This document shows, one piece after another, positions 1 to 9,811 of a stretch of 64,000 nt of DNA. Origin of the DNA: Vicinamibacterales bacterium (GTDB lineage Bacteria > Acidobacteriota > Vicinamibacteria > Vicinamibacterales > UBA8438). Within the stretch, counting starts at the first letter, position 1. Every line of letters starts with the position of its first letter. The stretch lies in NCBI GenBank assembly GCA_029940535.1, contig JAPYUM010000004.1, positions 20,873 through 84,872 on the forward strand, read 5' to 3'. The notes beneath the pieces were generated by a model. That model did not search any database, was not told the DNA's origin, and saw nothing but the letters and a program-made list of their open reading frames with translations. The position numbers and the translations under genes are program-made.

Positions 1-450
1 GTTGCTGAAGTTGACGTTGTAGTTGCCGCCGCCCCATTGCACGGCTTGGTTCAGCCCCCCGTTGAAGACGGCCGTGTCGCTCACGACCGCCTCGCCGCCG
101 TCGAGCTGTGTCGACGACGGGTTGGTGCGCGACGAGTTGCTGATGTTCGAGGTAAGGGTCGGCCCGTAGAACGAGAGTTGCTGCGCGAGCGAGAGGTCGA
201 AGACCAGAGGATTCAGGCGCTGGACGGCGAGGTCCAGGTTGCGCTCGAGCGCCCGCGCAATCGCGTCTTCCAGGGTGAGGTCTACTCTTGGGCCGCTGCC
301 CGGCGTCTGCATGATCGCGAGTCGCGCCGCGGCCTGGTCGATCAGTGAGTCGATACGGAGGTCCGTGGTCTGGGCGTGCGTATCAGACCTCGCCCCGACG
401 GCCAGGAAGAGGAGGAAAATGAGTCGACCACGATGCCGTGCGAGCCACAT
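1..450 (-). CDS. TolC-family outer membrane efflux protein, 5' part (runs off window start)
   Basis: Manual translation: MWLARHRGRLIFLLFLAVGARSDTHAQ...VDLTLEDAIARALERNLDLAVQRLNP...; signal-peptide-like N-terminus, LTLEDAI..ALERN OMF motif, GAGGAG RBS upstream. Absent from the ORF track because it is truncated. Confidence 0.8.
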   Translation of the reverse strand, partial: MWLARHRGRLIFLLFLAVGARSDTHAQTTDLRIDSLIDQAAARLAIMQTPGSGPRVDLTLEDAIARALERNLDLAVQRLNPLVFDLSLAQQLSFYGPTLTSNISNSSRTNPSSTQLDGGEAVVSDTAVFNGGLNQAVQWGGGNYNVNFSN

Positions 451-612
451 AACGTTAATTTCTCCTCGGCGCCTCGACGAAACCCGTGTCGGGACACGGC
501 CGGGACGTCTACGCCTCTTCACTACTATAGACCGGGGCCCAGCCCCGCTTCTTCCCGCCGGGAACATCAACTCGTTGAATGGAACCGTCTGAGAATGACG
601 CGTCGGCGGGTG

Positions 613-1071
613 TCAGCGGCGCTTGCTCCGACTACGAGGGCTGGGCCGACCGTCGTCGTTTTCCCGCGTCCGCCACTCGTTGAGAGTTTCACGCTGCGCC
701 GCGGTCAGCACCCGATACATCCGGAACACCATCAGGATACGCGTCTTGCTCAGCTCGCTTCGAGCCGCCTCGACCCGATCGATCTGGCGGGTGACGTCGA
801 TTTCCTGGACATTCATGTCCGCAATCAGGTGTGACAAGGTCAGTTCTTCAGCGTTGAGACGACGCATCGACTCGCGCTGTTTGGGCAGGGTCTGCTGATA
901 GATGCGGTCCAGTGACGTCGATTGTTCGTCTGTGAGATCGAGTTCGGTCCGGACCTCTTCCGAGTGCCACCAGCGATGCCGCACGCGCCCTTGCTCGTTG
1001 GCCTCGAGCACCGGCAGGGTCAACATCGTCAGACTGAGTAGAGCGAGCACCGGGCCAGTGCGCCATCGCAT
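613..1071 (-). CDS. Spy/CpxP-like periplasmic protein (periplasmic heavy-metal-sensor-like)
   Basis: Signal peptide MRWRTGPVLALLSLTML; motifs WWHSEEVRTELDLTDEQ and VLTAAQRETL (LTxxQ repeats). Confidence 0.75.
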   Translation of the reverse strand: MRWRTGPVLALLSLTMLTLPVLEANEQGRVRHRWWHSEEVRTELDLTDEQSTSLDRIYQQTLPKQRESMRRLNAEELTLSHLIADMNVQEIDVTRQIDRVEAARSELSKTRILMVFRMYRVLTAAQRETLNEWRTRENDDGRPSPRSRSKRR

Positions 1072-1271
1072 CAGCGTTCCTCCGACTGGGGGAAATTCCT
1101 CGCCATCAGGTGTCAAGACTCCGGGGCAAGTCGAAACGTTTACGGCGGGCTCGCATGAACCGGCCTCGACGGCAGGCTGCACGGTGCCTCGTGGACTCGG
1201 TCGGACACCGGAGCGGCCGCATCCCCCAGTCGGGCCCGTGGTCTGGGTGACGTCCGACCGGGAGCCGGTCG

Positions 1272-2066
1272 TCAGTGGATGTTGATCGTCAGGTCTCTCA
1301 CGCGTGGAGTCAGCGCGTCGATCGACGCGAGCTCGGACACCTGAGCGCTGGTCAAAGCGAGGTCGAGATCATCCAAGAACTCCTCGTCCCGCATCAAGCG
1401 TGCGAATGAGTCCAGCGTGCGCGGTCCGGCATCGTCCCCCGGGAGCGGAGGCAGCTCGACGGTCCCGGTCATGTCGAGGTTGGTGACGACGGGGTTGGAG
1501 TCTGGCGCTGACGTCAGCTCTTGACTGGCGACCGAGGTAGCGCCGTCTTGCCCATCCGCATCACCGGTCTGAACGGACCCGGTGCGGCCCGCGTCGGCGT
1601 CGAACGGATGCAGATGGATGAGTTGTCCGGCCGTGATGCCGAGAAGCAACGTGGCAGCGACAGCCGCCGGCACCCACCGGTTGGTCAGAAACCTCACACG
1701 AGGTAGCGAGCGTCCGGCGAAAGGAAAGTCCAGCAGTCGGGCCGCGGGCGCGGTGCCCACGAGTATGTCGAGACGGCGGCGGATGCGGGCCCTCTGCGTT
1801 TGAAGTCTCGCTGGCGTGAAGACCTGATCGAAATTGGCGGACGCCGCGGCGGGGAGGCTGTCGAGTTGGGCCGCCATTTGGGCGTAGCGGCGCTCGCAGC
1901 GGGGACACGCATCCAAGTGCCGCTCGGCGGTTCGGTCGGAGCGCCGTGCTGTCGAGGTACTCAACGCCAGCGCTAGCACCCGGTCATCCGAGAGATGCCG
2001 GTGTTCGGCCCACCGGGCAGGCATGGAGGTCCAGGGCTGAAACCAGCGTCGGGCGTTCATGGCCAT
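1272..2066 (-). CDS. Zinc-finger (HxxxCxxC) transmembrane anti-sigma factor
   Basis: HLDACPRC motif, one TM helix (WVPAAVAATLLLGITAG), directly downstream of the ECF sigma gene. Confidence 0.8.
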   Translation of the reverse strand: MAMNARRWFQPWTSMPARWAEHRHLSDDRVLALALSTSTARRSDRTAERHLDACPRCERRYAQMAAQLDSLPAAASANFDQVFTPARLQTQRARIRRRLDILVGTAPAARLLDFPFAGRSLPRVRFLTNRWVPAAVAATLLLGITAGQLIHLHPFDADAGRTGSVQTGDADGQDGATSVASQELTSAPDSNPVVTNLDMTGTVELPPLPGDDAGPRTLDSFARLMRDEEFLDDLDLALTSAQVSELASIDALTPRVRDLTINIH

Positions 2067-2113
2067 CGATGCCTCATGCGCTCGGAGATACTCCGTCTGC
2101 CAGACTCATGACG

Positions 2114-2797
2114 TCACGCGTGACGTCGCGAACGACCGTCGTGCCCCAGCGGGGTACGCTCCATCCACCCTTCTCGGTTCAGGAAACCGCGCAACTTGCG
2201 AACGGCTCGAAACAGGTGCACGCGAACCGTGGACTCGTTCAAACCCATGATGGTACTGACTTCCCGTGCCGGTCGGCCCTCGAAATGGCTCAGGATCACG
2301 GCGGTCCGCTGTCGCGCTGGGAGTCGATCGACGGCTGATTCCAACTGTGCGCGCCGTTCCCTGGCCAGCAATGCCGCTTCGGGCGACGGTTCGTGACTGG
2401 CTGGGCCGGTGTCGGCCATGCCTTCGCGAGGCTCGGACTGCACCAGCCATCGGGCCCGTCGGGTTCTGGCCTTGAGCCGGTCGAGGCACGCGTTCACCAG
2501 GATGCGGGTGAACCACAACTCGAAAAACAAGTCTTCTCGGAAGGACGGCAGATGGAGGAACGCTTTCAGAAAAGCGTCTTGGACGACCTCGTCCACCTCG
2601 GCCGGGTCACGCAGGTAGTGATATGCGATTCGGGACGCTCGGCGTTGTTGGAGATCGACAATCTCGCCGAACCGTTCGGCGGCCCGGGCACGTTGGTCAT
2701 CGGCCAAGAGCCGCTTGATCTCGGCTGCGAGTCGGGTCTCGACGGCAACGGGTCGAACTTCGTCGCCCGCCGGCGCGGTGGATGTCGTCGTCATCAA
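2114..2797 (-). CDS. ECF RNA polymerase sigma-70 factor
   Basis: Region 2 (EVVQDAFLKAF...WFTRILVNACLD) and region 4 (LPARQR...TVRVHLFRAVRKLR). Confidence 0.95.
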   Translation of the reverse strand: MMTTTSTAPAGDEVRPVAVETRLAAEIKRLLADDQRARAAERFGEIVDLQQRRASRIAYHYLRDPAEVDEVVQDAFLKAFLHLPSFREDLFFELWFTRILVNACLDRLKARTRRARWLVQSEPREGMADTGPASHEPSPEAALLARERRAQLESAVDRLPARQRTAVILSHFEGRPAREVSTIMGLNESTVRVHLFRAVRKLRGFLNREGWMERTPLGHDGRSRRHA

Positions 2798-2925
2798 AAA
2801 CGGGCTCGGGTCATCGTGCTCCGGTCAATCTGGCCGTACGCCAGTATAGTGCAAGTAGACGACGCGTTGCCGCTCTCCGTTGACCCGGGTCGAGGACAGC
2901 GCGTCAGGGATAGCACAGACACACG

Positions 2926-3313
2926 ATGATGAGTGGACCGCAATCAGCGCCGACGATTCTGATTGTGGAGGATGAGCCGTCGATTCGCACGATCCTTCAG
3001 CGCATGCTCGAGAGGGCCGGATACGAGCTCATCGTGGCAAAAACGGCGATGAGGCGCTGCGCTTGCCAACGACCATACCGGCGCGATCGATCTGCTGGTC
3101 ACCGATGTCACGATGCCCGGCATGAACGGGTTCGAACTGGGTGGCTACATCGGCGGCATCCATCCCGAGACGAGCGTCCTGTTCGTCTCGGGCTACGCCG
3201 AGGACTCGAGTCCGGTCCGGAAGGGATTGAGGACCGCGGGGCAGGCGTTCTTGCTCAAACCATTCACGCGGGACGCTCTTCTCGGCAAGGTCAAAGAGAT
3301 TCTCGACAGCTAG
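2926..3313 (+). pseudogene. Single-domain response regulator receiver, split by a 1-bp frameshift in an A-run (3039-3043)
   Basis: TILIVEDE...YELIVAK continues in another frame as NGDEAL...IDLLVTDVTMPGMNG...VLFVSGY...FLLKPF; adding one A restores the frame. May be a sequencing error. Confidence 0.8.
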
Positions 3314-4362
3314 TCCGTCGGCGAGTACCGCTCCAGCCAGGTTCCTGGATAGTAGTGGTCCAGAATCTCTTCGACCGTGCTGCCGGCGCGGGCACGGACG
3401 ATGGCCCCGGTCTGGCAGAGCCCAACGCCGTGTCCGAACCCCCGGCCGGTGAACTCGAAACCGTCCTGGGAGGTCTCGACCCCAAAGAACGTGCTGCGGA
3501 AGGCACGCGCACCCAGTTGCTGGGTGATGACGGCGCGGAATTGGGTGGCCCGCACGATTCGGCGCTCGTGGCCGCGAATCTCTATCAGCGTGGCTCGCCC
3601 CGTCACATCCCGCTGCGTGATGGACACGTCGTCCAGCCGTCCACCCACCGCGGTCTCGGCATCCGTGTTCAGCATGCGTCGAAGATGGTCGCGCCCCAGG
3701 GCGAGACGCCAGTGGTTGCGTGCCTCGGTGACGCAGAAGGCGTCCGGCACCCCCGCGAGGTAGTCGGGGGCCGGCCCGCCCCAGACCGCCGTGGCCGAGC
3801 TCGTATGTCCGCCGCAATCCGCGTGGAACAGCGCCTGAATCGGGCCGCTTCCGCTGGTGATGATCACACCGCGGGTGTCGGCGACGGCGTCCGCGACCAC
3901 GCGCGCCACGGCCGCACCCTGGGTGGCGGCCGGTACGTAGACCTGGCAGTGAGTCGATGAGCAGAGGTCGAACCCCTCGCTCCGGTGTCGACCACGATTC
4001 GCCAAGGCATACGTCCGGGCCAGGATCGCCTGTAGGCGAGCCAGCGGTCCGCCCACGGCGTCATTCGTGCTGATCGGCATCTCGGCCGGCACCGATCCGC
4101 GGACGTACTCCTCCAGCGACACCCTCCGCACCGTCCGGTCAACGCCGGTGCCCACCTCGACCCGCAGGGTCACCGCGTGGTCCGACGGTGGCGCCGGCGC
4201 CGGAGGCGGCGGCGCCACGCGCGATACGCAGCGCGCGGTGACAACGGCGAGGAGGAGGATCGGAAGGATGCGTGCGAGGCGGAGCCGTCGGGCGCAATGA
4301 GGCGCGGTCTCGAGACGTGTCATGACAACGGTCTTATCGGACGGATGATGAGTGGGATGCAC
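3310..4362 (-). CDS. SpoIID/LytB-domain lytic transglycosylase-like protein (start uncertain, possibly ~4323)
   Basis: LEEYVRGSVPAEM, QAILARTYA, DLCSSTHCQVY, GFGHGVGLCQTGA, ILDHYYPG. Confidence 0.9.
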   Translation of the reverse strand: MHPTHHPSDKTVVMTRLETAPHCARRLRLARILPILLLAVVTARCVSRVAPPPPAPAPPSDHAVTLRVEVGTGVDRTVRRVSLEEYVRGSVPAEMPISTNDAVGGPLARLQAILARTYALANRGRHRSEGFDLCSSTHCQVYVPAATQGAAVARVVADAVADTRGVIITSGSGPIQALFHADCGGHTSSATAVWGGPAPDYLAGVPDAFCVTEARNHWRLALGRDHLRRMLNTDAETAVGGRLDDVSITQRDVTGRATLIEIRGHERRIVRATQFRAVITQQLGARAFRSTFFGVETSQDGFEFTGRGFGHGVGLCQTGAIVRARAGSTVEEILDHYYPGTWLERYSPTD

Positions 4363-4384
4363 GCAGTTGCCCAGAACCGCATAT

Positions 4385-4413
4385 TTGACGCGATTCCCGG
4401 CTGATCGTACGAT
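4385..4413 (+). promoter_or_regulatory. Sigma70-type promoter of pckA
   Basis: TTGACG-N17-TACGAT. Confidence 0.6.
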
Positions 4414-4480
4414 GTGCCGCCATATTTTGTTAAGCGCATCCCTCTTTGTATAGACCTAGCGGGTACCAACGGAGTGACAC

Positions 4481-6070
4481 GTGACAGCGGATCAGCGTCT
4501 TGAGGCAGTTGGCATCGTAGACCCAGCGTCAGTATTTTGGAATCTGTCCACCGCCGCGCTGTACGAGGAGGCCATAGCGCGCCGCGAAGGGACGGTGGTG
4601 GCCGGCGGCCCGATCGTGTGTCGCACTGGCCAGCACACGGGACGGTCTCCGAATGACCGATTTCTGGTCGAGGAACCGACGAGCGCAGGGAACATCGACT
4701 GGGGCACCGTGAACCGTCCGATGTCGGGCGACTGTTTCGACGCAGTGCATCGGCTGATCGGGGAGCACCTACGGGACAAAGATCTCTTCGTCCAGGACTG
4801 TTACACCGGCGCTGACCCGTCGTTCCGGCTTCCGGTACGGGTGGTCACGGAACGTGCCTGGCACAGTCTGTTCGCGCGTCACATGTTCATCACGGAAGTG
4901 GACCGCTCCAGGCTGAACGATTTCCAGCCGGAGTTCACGGTGATCGACGCCGCGACGTGTCGCGCCGATCCCGCGGTGCACGGCACCAACTCGGACGTGT
5001 TCATTCTGCTGAACCTCGCCAAGAAACTGGTGTTGATTGGCGGGACCGCGTATGCCGGAGAGATCAAGAAGTCGATCTTCACGGTCATGAACTATCTGCT
5101 CCCTTTGCGCCGCGTCATGCCGATGCACTGTTCGGCCAACGTTGGCGGGGACGGCGATGTCGCGCTGTTCTTTGGGTTGTCAGGCACCGGCAAGACCACC
5201 TTGTCGAGCGACCCGGCCCGTCATCTCATCGGCGACGACGAGCATGGTTGGAGCGATAAGGGTGTGTTCAACTTCGAGGGCGGCTGCTACGCGAAGATGA
5301 TCAAGTTGTCGGCGGAAGCCGAGCCGCAGATCTATGCGACGACCGGTCAGTTCGGGACCGTGCTCGAGAACGTGACCGTCGACCCCGTGACCCGCCAACT
5401 CGATTTCGACGATGCCTCGGTCACCGAGAACACCCGCGGCGCTTACCCGCTCTCGGCCATTGACGGCGTGGTCCGGTCGGGCCAGGCCGGGCACCCGCGG
5501 AACGTCATCATGCTGACCGCTGACGCGTTCGGGGTGTTGCCGCCAATCGCTCGACTCTCGCCGGCCGCCGCGATGTATCACTTCCTGTCTGGGTACACCG
5601 CCAAGGTGGCCGGTACCGAGCGAGGAGTTACGGAGCCCACGGCCACGTTCAGTACGTGTTTCGGCGCCCCGTTCATGGTGTGGGCGCCCACGACCTACTC
5701 GGCGTTGCTGGGAGCGCGTTTGGCCGCCCACGGGTCGACCACGTGGCTCGTCAATACCGGCTGGACCGGCGGCGCGTTCGGCACGGGGCACCGGATGCCG
5801 ATCGCCCACACCCGCGCCCTGATTACCGCGGCCCTGGCCGGTGATCTGGACGACGTGGCGTGCGAGACGGACCCGGTGTTCAACATCGACGTGCCGCTCA
5901 GCTGTCCGGGAGTGCCGTCCGAGGTCTTGCGGCCGCGGCAGACGTGGGCGAATCCGGCGGACTATGACGAGCAGGCCGGGAAGCTGGCCGCGATGTTCAG
6001 GAAGAACTTCGAGTCGTTCGCCAAGTCCGCCGAGGCCGAGGTCCTGGCGGCCGGTCCTCGCGCGACCTAA
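4481..6070 (+). CDS. pckA: Phosphoenolpyruvate carboxykinase (ATP)
   Basis: TGRSP, YAGEIKKS, MHCSAN, GLSGTGKTTLS, GDDEHGW, FEGGCYAK. Confidence 0.97.
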   Translation: MTADQRLEAVGIVDPASVFWNLSTAALYEEAIARREGTVVAGGPIVCRTGQHTGRSPNDRFLVEEPTSAGNIDWGTVNRPMSGDCFDAVHRLIGEHLRDKDLFVQDCYTGADPSFRLPVRVVTERAWHSLFARHMFITEVDRSRLNDFQPEFTVIDAATCRADPAVHGTNSDVFILLNLAKKLVLIGGTAYAGEIKKSIFTVMNYLLPLRRVMPMHCSANVGGDGDVALFFGLSGTGKTTLSSDPARHLIGDDEHGWSDKGVFNFEGGCYAKMIKLSAEAEPQIYATTGQFGTVLENVTVDPVTRQLDFDDASVTENTRGAYPLSAIDGVVRSGQAGHPRNVIMLTADAFGVLPPIARLSPAAAMYHFLSGYTAKVAGTERGVTEPTATFSTCFGAPFMVWAPTTYSALLGARLAAHGSTTWLVNTGWTGGAFGTGHRMPIAHTRALITAALAGDLDDVACETDPVFNIDVPLSCPGVPSEVLRPRQTWANPADYDEQAGKLAAMFRKNFESFAKSAEAEVLAAGPRAT

Positions 6071-6075
6071 CCGGT

Positions 6076-7539
6076 ATGACGAGTACCACGGTGTTCGAAC
6101 CGGTCATCGGGCTCGAAATTCACGCGCAGCTACGAACCGAGACGAAAATCTTCTGCGGGTGTGCCACCGCGTTCGGGGCGGCCCCGAACGCGCACGTGTG
6201 CCCCGTGTGTCTCGGGTTTCCGGGCGCGCTCCCGGTACTGAATCGTCAGGTCGTCGAACTGGCGATGCGAGTCGGACTGGCGCTGGGGTGCACCATCCAG
6301 ACGCGCTCGATTTTTGCGCGCAAGAACTACTTCTATCCCGACTTGCCGAAGGGATATCAGATCTCCCAGTACGAGCACCCCATCGCCACCGACGGTGTCC
6401 TGAACTATGAGGCGGATGACGGACCGCACTCGGTCCGAATCCTTCGCGTCCATCTAGAAGAGGACGCGGGGAAGTCGCTCCATGTTGGCACCAGCGGGGG
6501 GGACGGGCATAGCCACCTCGATTTCAACCGTAGCGGGGTGCCGCTCGTCGAGATCGTCACGCATCCGGACTTGCGTTCTGCGGCCGACGCATCAGATAGT
6601 TTCGCCCGGTTGCGGGCGATGCTGCTGGCCGTCGGCGCCAATGACGGCAGTATGGAGGAGGGGAGTCTGCGCTGCGACGCCAACGTGTCGATCCGTCCGG
6701 TTGGTCAGTCGAAGCTCGGGGTCAAGGTCGAGGTTAAGAACGTGAACTCCTTTCGCTTCCTGGCGCGTGCGATCGAGCACGAGGTGACCAGACAGACGGC
6801 GCGGTGCGTCGCCGGTGACCGGGTCGTCCAGGAGTCCCGCCAGTGGGATGAAGCGCGGGGCCGTACGGTGTCAATGCGAAGCAAGGAAGAGGCCCATGAC
6901 TACCGCTATTTTCCGGAGCCGGACCTGCCCCCGGTAGACGTGACCGACGAGTGGATCGCCGAGGTTCGTGAAAGTTTGCCAGAGCTTCCCGAGGCCAGAA
7001 AACAGCGGCTGATCCGAGACTATGCGTTGTCGTCGTCGGACGCGGGACAGATCGCCGAGACGGCGTCCTTGACGCGGTTCTTTGAAGCGACCGCCGCCGT
7101 GGCCACCAATGCGCGGGCCGCCGCCAACTGGGTCACCGGGGAAGTGACCAGACGACTGAAGCAGGACGGTGGGGCCGTCGACGCCGTCGCCGTGACACCT
7201 GACGCGCTCGGTCGTCTCCTGCTCCTGGTCGACACCGGACGGGTGAGCGCCAGCGCCGCGAAGGACGTGTTCGAGTTGATGTACGGATCCGGCCGTGAGG
7301 CGGAGGAGATCGTCCTGACGGAGGGATTGTCCCAGATTGGCGACGAGGCTGAACTGCAAGAGATTGTGGCAGGGGTGATTGCCGAGCACGCGGATGCCGT
7401 CGGGCGTTTCCGCGCCGGCCACGAAGGGACACTCGGGTTTCTGGTGGGACAGGTCATGCGAGCCACCCGCGGCCGCGCCAACCCCACGCTGGTCAACGAG
7501 TTACTGCGACGCAGACTCGCGGACGGGAGCGGGGAGTGA
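6076..7539 (+). CDS. gatB: Asp/Glu-tRNA amidotransferase subunit B
   Basis: VIGLEIHAQL, RKNYFYPDLPKGYQISQ, HLEEDAGK, LRCDANVS, DYRYFPEPDL. Confidence 0.97.
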   Translation: MTSTTVFEPVIGLEIHAQLRTETKIFCGCATAFGAAPNAHVCPVCLGFPGALPVLNRQVVELAMRVGLALGCTIQTRSIFARKNYFYPDLPKGYQISQYEHPIATDGVLNYEADDGPHSVRILRVHLEEDAGKSLHVGTSGGDGHSHLDFNRSGVPLVEIVTHPDLRSAADASDSFARLRAMLLAVGANDGSMEEGSLRCDANVSIRPVGQSKLGVKVEVKNVNSFRFLARAIEHEVTRQTARCVAGDRVVQESRQWDEARGRTVSMRSKEEAHDYRYFPEPDLPPVDVTDEWIAEVRESLPELPEARKQRLIRDYALSSSDAGQIAETASLTRFFEATAAVATNARAAANWVTGEVTRRLKQDGGAVDAVAVTPDALGRLLLLVDTGRVSASAAKDVFELMYGSGREAEEIVLTEGLSQIGDEAELQEIVAGVIAEHADAVGRFRAGHEGTLGFLVGQVMRATRGRANPTLVNELLRRRLADGSGE

Positions 7540-7574
7540 CGACGGCCTGCATGCTACAATGAGTCTATCTAGCT

Positions 7575-8498
7575 GTGATTGAGGCTCTCCACCTTTCCAA
7601 GGCGTGCCGTCTTGGCGTTCACGCGCTTCACGACCTGTCTCTCTCCGTAGGGACAGGTGAGTTCGTGTTCTTGACCGGCCCCAGTGGAGCGGGCAAGTCG
7701 ACCCTCCTACGTCTCTTGTTATGTCAGGAACGGCCGACCGAGGGTCGACTGGTGGTGGACGGTGAAGACCTGTCTCAGATGGGCGCGGGAGAGACACAGG
7801 CGTATCGTCGCTAGGTCGGATTCGTGTTTCAGGATTTCAAGCTGATCGACCGTATGACCGTGGTCGAAAACGCGGCCTTCGTGCTTCGGGTGATGGGCGC
7901 GGACGAGACGGTGCAGCAACGGCGTGCCGAGCAGGCCCTCAAGTGGGTCGGTCTCGAGGATCGACTCGATGCGTACCCGTCGGAATTGTCAGCGGGAGAG
8001 CAACAGCGGGTTGCCGTCGCACGGGCTCTCATCAACCGCCCGATGATGGTCCTGGCCGACGAACCGACCGGCAATCTGGACCCCGATCTCGCGCTGGAGA
8101 TCATGAACCTGTTCCGTGAGATCAACGCCGCCGGCACCACGGTACTGGTTGCCACCCATGATCGAGAGTTGATTCGTCAGGTGGGCTGTCGGGCCATCTT
8201 GCTCGAGCAGGGAGTGCTCACGGAGGAGACGCCGGCCGTCGGGCACGTGGCGCCATCGGAGGCGTTCGGTCTCGAGATCGATGCCGACGAGGTCACCGGG
8301 GACGACGCGAACATCGCTGAGCCCGAGCCGTTCCAGTCCGTCGCCAGCGGTGGGACACCGACTGCAGAGTCGGACAAGCTGGCGCCAAGCGACATCTTTG
8401 CCGAGTTGGACGCGGCCTTGGCCGGGAGCGAGCCGGCGGGGCACGTGGAGGCGGACGATCTTACTGACGACGAGGTTCGTCGAGACGACACAGGGTGA
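7575..8498 (+). pseudogene. ftsE: Cell-division ABC ATPase FtsE interrupted by an in-frame TAG (7812-7814)
   Basis: Walker [10 protein letters not shown], then AYRR*VGFVFQDFKL in the same frame, LSAGEQQR, LADEPTGNLD; long acidic C-terminal tail. Confidence 0.85.
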
Positions 8499-8501
8499 GC
8501 G

Positions 8502-9408
8502 GTGTGAGCACTTCGGTATAGCTTCGAAGAAGCGGTGGTGAGTTTGTGGCGTCGGCGACGGTCCAGTGCGCTGTCGGTCGCCACCATCACGGCCGCGATC
8601 CTTGTGTTCGGGATCCTGTTGACGGCGAGCTGGAATCTGGACGGCTTGCTGGCGGAATGGGCCGCGTCGGCTGAGATGTCGGTGTATCTCGGCGACGACG
8701 TGACACCGGAGGCACGGGCGACCGTCGAACAGATGCTCCGCGACAGCGATCTGGTCACCGCGTTCGAATTCGTGTCGAAAGAGGAAGCGTTGGCACGGTT
8801 CACCCGCGACTTCGCCGACCTTGCCGCGGTCGCCGAGCAAGGTGCGGGGAATCCGATCCCCGCCTCGTTCGAGGCGCGGGTACCGCCGACGTCGGGCGAT
8901 TCGGCCGCGGTGGGTCAACTCGCGGCCAGACTTGAGGCGGTGGCTGGCGTCGATGACGTCTGGTTGGACCAGCGGTGGATCCAACGTCTGACCACGGCCG
9001 TCATGGTTGTCCGCGGCGTCGGCCTCGTGTTCGTGTGCGTATTGGTCATGGCTGCCGCGTTGACGGTAGCGAACGTTGTCCGGCTTGCGTGCGTGGCGCG
9101 CAGTGACGAGATCGAGATCATGCGACTGGTTGGCGCGCCGCTGGCGTATGTGCGGGGTCCGTTCGTGCTCGAGGGGGTTCTGCAGGGCGGGGTGGGGGCG
9201 TCCGTAGCGCTCGCGCTCCTAGCCGCCGGCCTCTTCGCCGGGGAATCGCTGTACGGTGACGTCGTGAGGCAAGTGCTTGGGGCGGACGTGATGATCTTCC
9301 TGCCGCCGGCGTTGGGGGCGCTGCTTGTCTTCGGTGGGATGGCGGTCGGGTGCGTAGGGGGGGCTGGTCGCGTCGCTGAGTACCCGTGAGACCCCAACGA
9401 GTGAATGA
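8502..9408 (+). pseudogene. ftsX: Cell-division permease FtsX with TGA at codon 2 and a probable +1 frameshift near the 3' end
   Basis: GTG TGA GCA CTT CGG TAT AGC TTC GAA GAA = M*ALRYSFEEA; FVSKEEAL, EIEIMRLVGA, PFVLEG; 7-G run at 9357-9363 shifts the last TM helix. A downstream GTG at 8535 could still give a shortened protein. Confidence 0.7.
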
Positions 9409-9439
9409 CATGCGCGCGGCCGCTGGCGGTCGGTGCGCG

Positions 9440-9469
9440 TTGACAGCGGCGAAACCACCCGCATAAACT
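9440..9469 (+). promoter_or_regulatory. Sigma70-type promoter
   Basis: TTGACA-N18-TAAACT, 17 nt upstream of ATG 9487. Confidence 0.55.
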
Positions 9470-9486
9470 GGGTGCTCCTAACGCAC

Positions 9487-9807
9487 ATGTCGCGGACAGT
9501 TTGCCCCTTCTCTCGTTTGTTGGTCGATGCGCGCCCGTCCCGGGTCCCGACAGCGGGCACCATACGCACGAATTTCTACCGGGAAGAGTTCCTCAAGCAC
9601 CAGGAGTGCCTGCACCAGCAGCGAGATGCTTACTCGGAGTGCACCATCACGGAGATGGAGACGGCTCTTCGTCGCGTGATGGCTCGAGTCGATGAGTTGT
9701 GCGCGCAAGGCCACGCCGATGTCGACCTGGTGGTGAGCCGTCTGCTCCAGACATTCGACGGCGTGACGAAGTTGTCCGCCTGGTCAGACCCGTCACGCAT
9801 CCACTGA
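9487..9807 (+). CDS. Hypothetical helical protein
   Basis: Plausible coding frame (FYREEFLKHQECLHQQR...LSAWSDPSRIH) downstream of a promoter. Confidence 0.6.
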   Translation: MSRTVCPFSRLLVDARPSRVPTAGTIRTNFYREEFLKHQECLHQQRDAYSECTITEMETALRRVMARVDELCAQGHADVDLVVSRLLQTFDGVTKLSAWSDPSRIH

Positions 9808-9811
9808 GTAT

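Noticed and set aside
2926-3960. 344-aa ORF with a receiver-like N-terminus
   Set aside because: Artefact of the frameshift; the remainder is antisense to the SpoIID gene.
7812-7814. Amber readthrough, pyrrolysine or a TAG-reassigned code to explain the ftsE stop
   Set aside because: TAG is a true stop for several intact genes here (ilvA, murA, rnr, trmD), and no pyl genes are present.
8505-8507. In-frame TGA in ftsX (and TGA at 41689-41691) as possible selenocysteine, given selB
   Set aside because: The ftsX codon sits where Arg is expected, not Cys. The TPR gene continues in a different frame. No convincing SECIS hairpin was seen.
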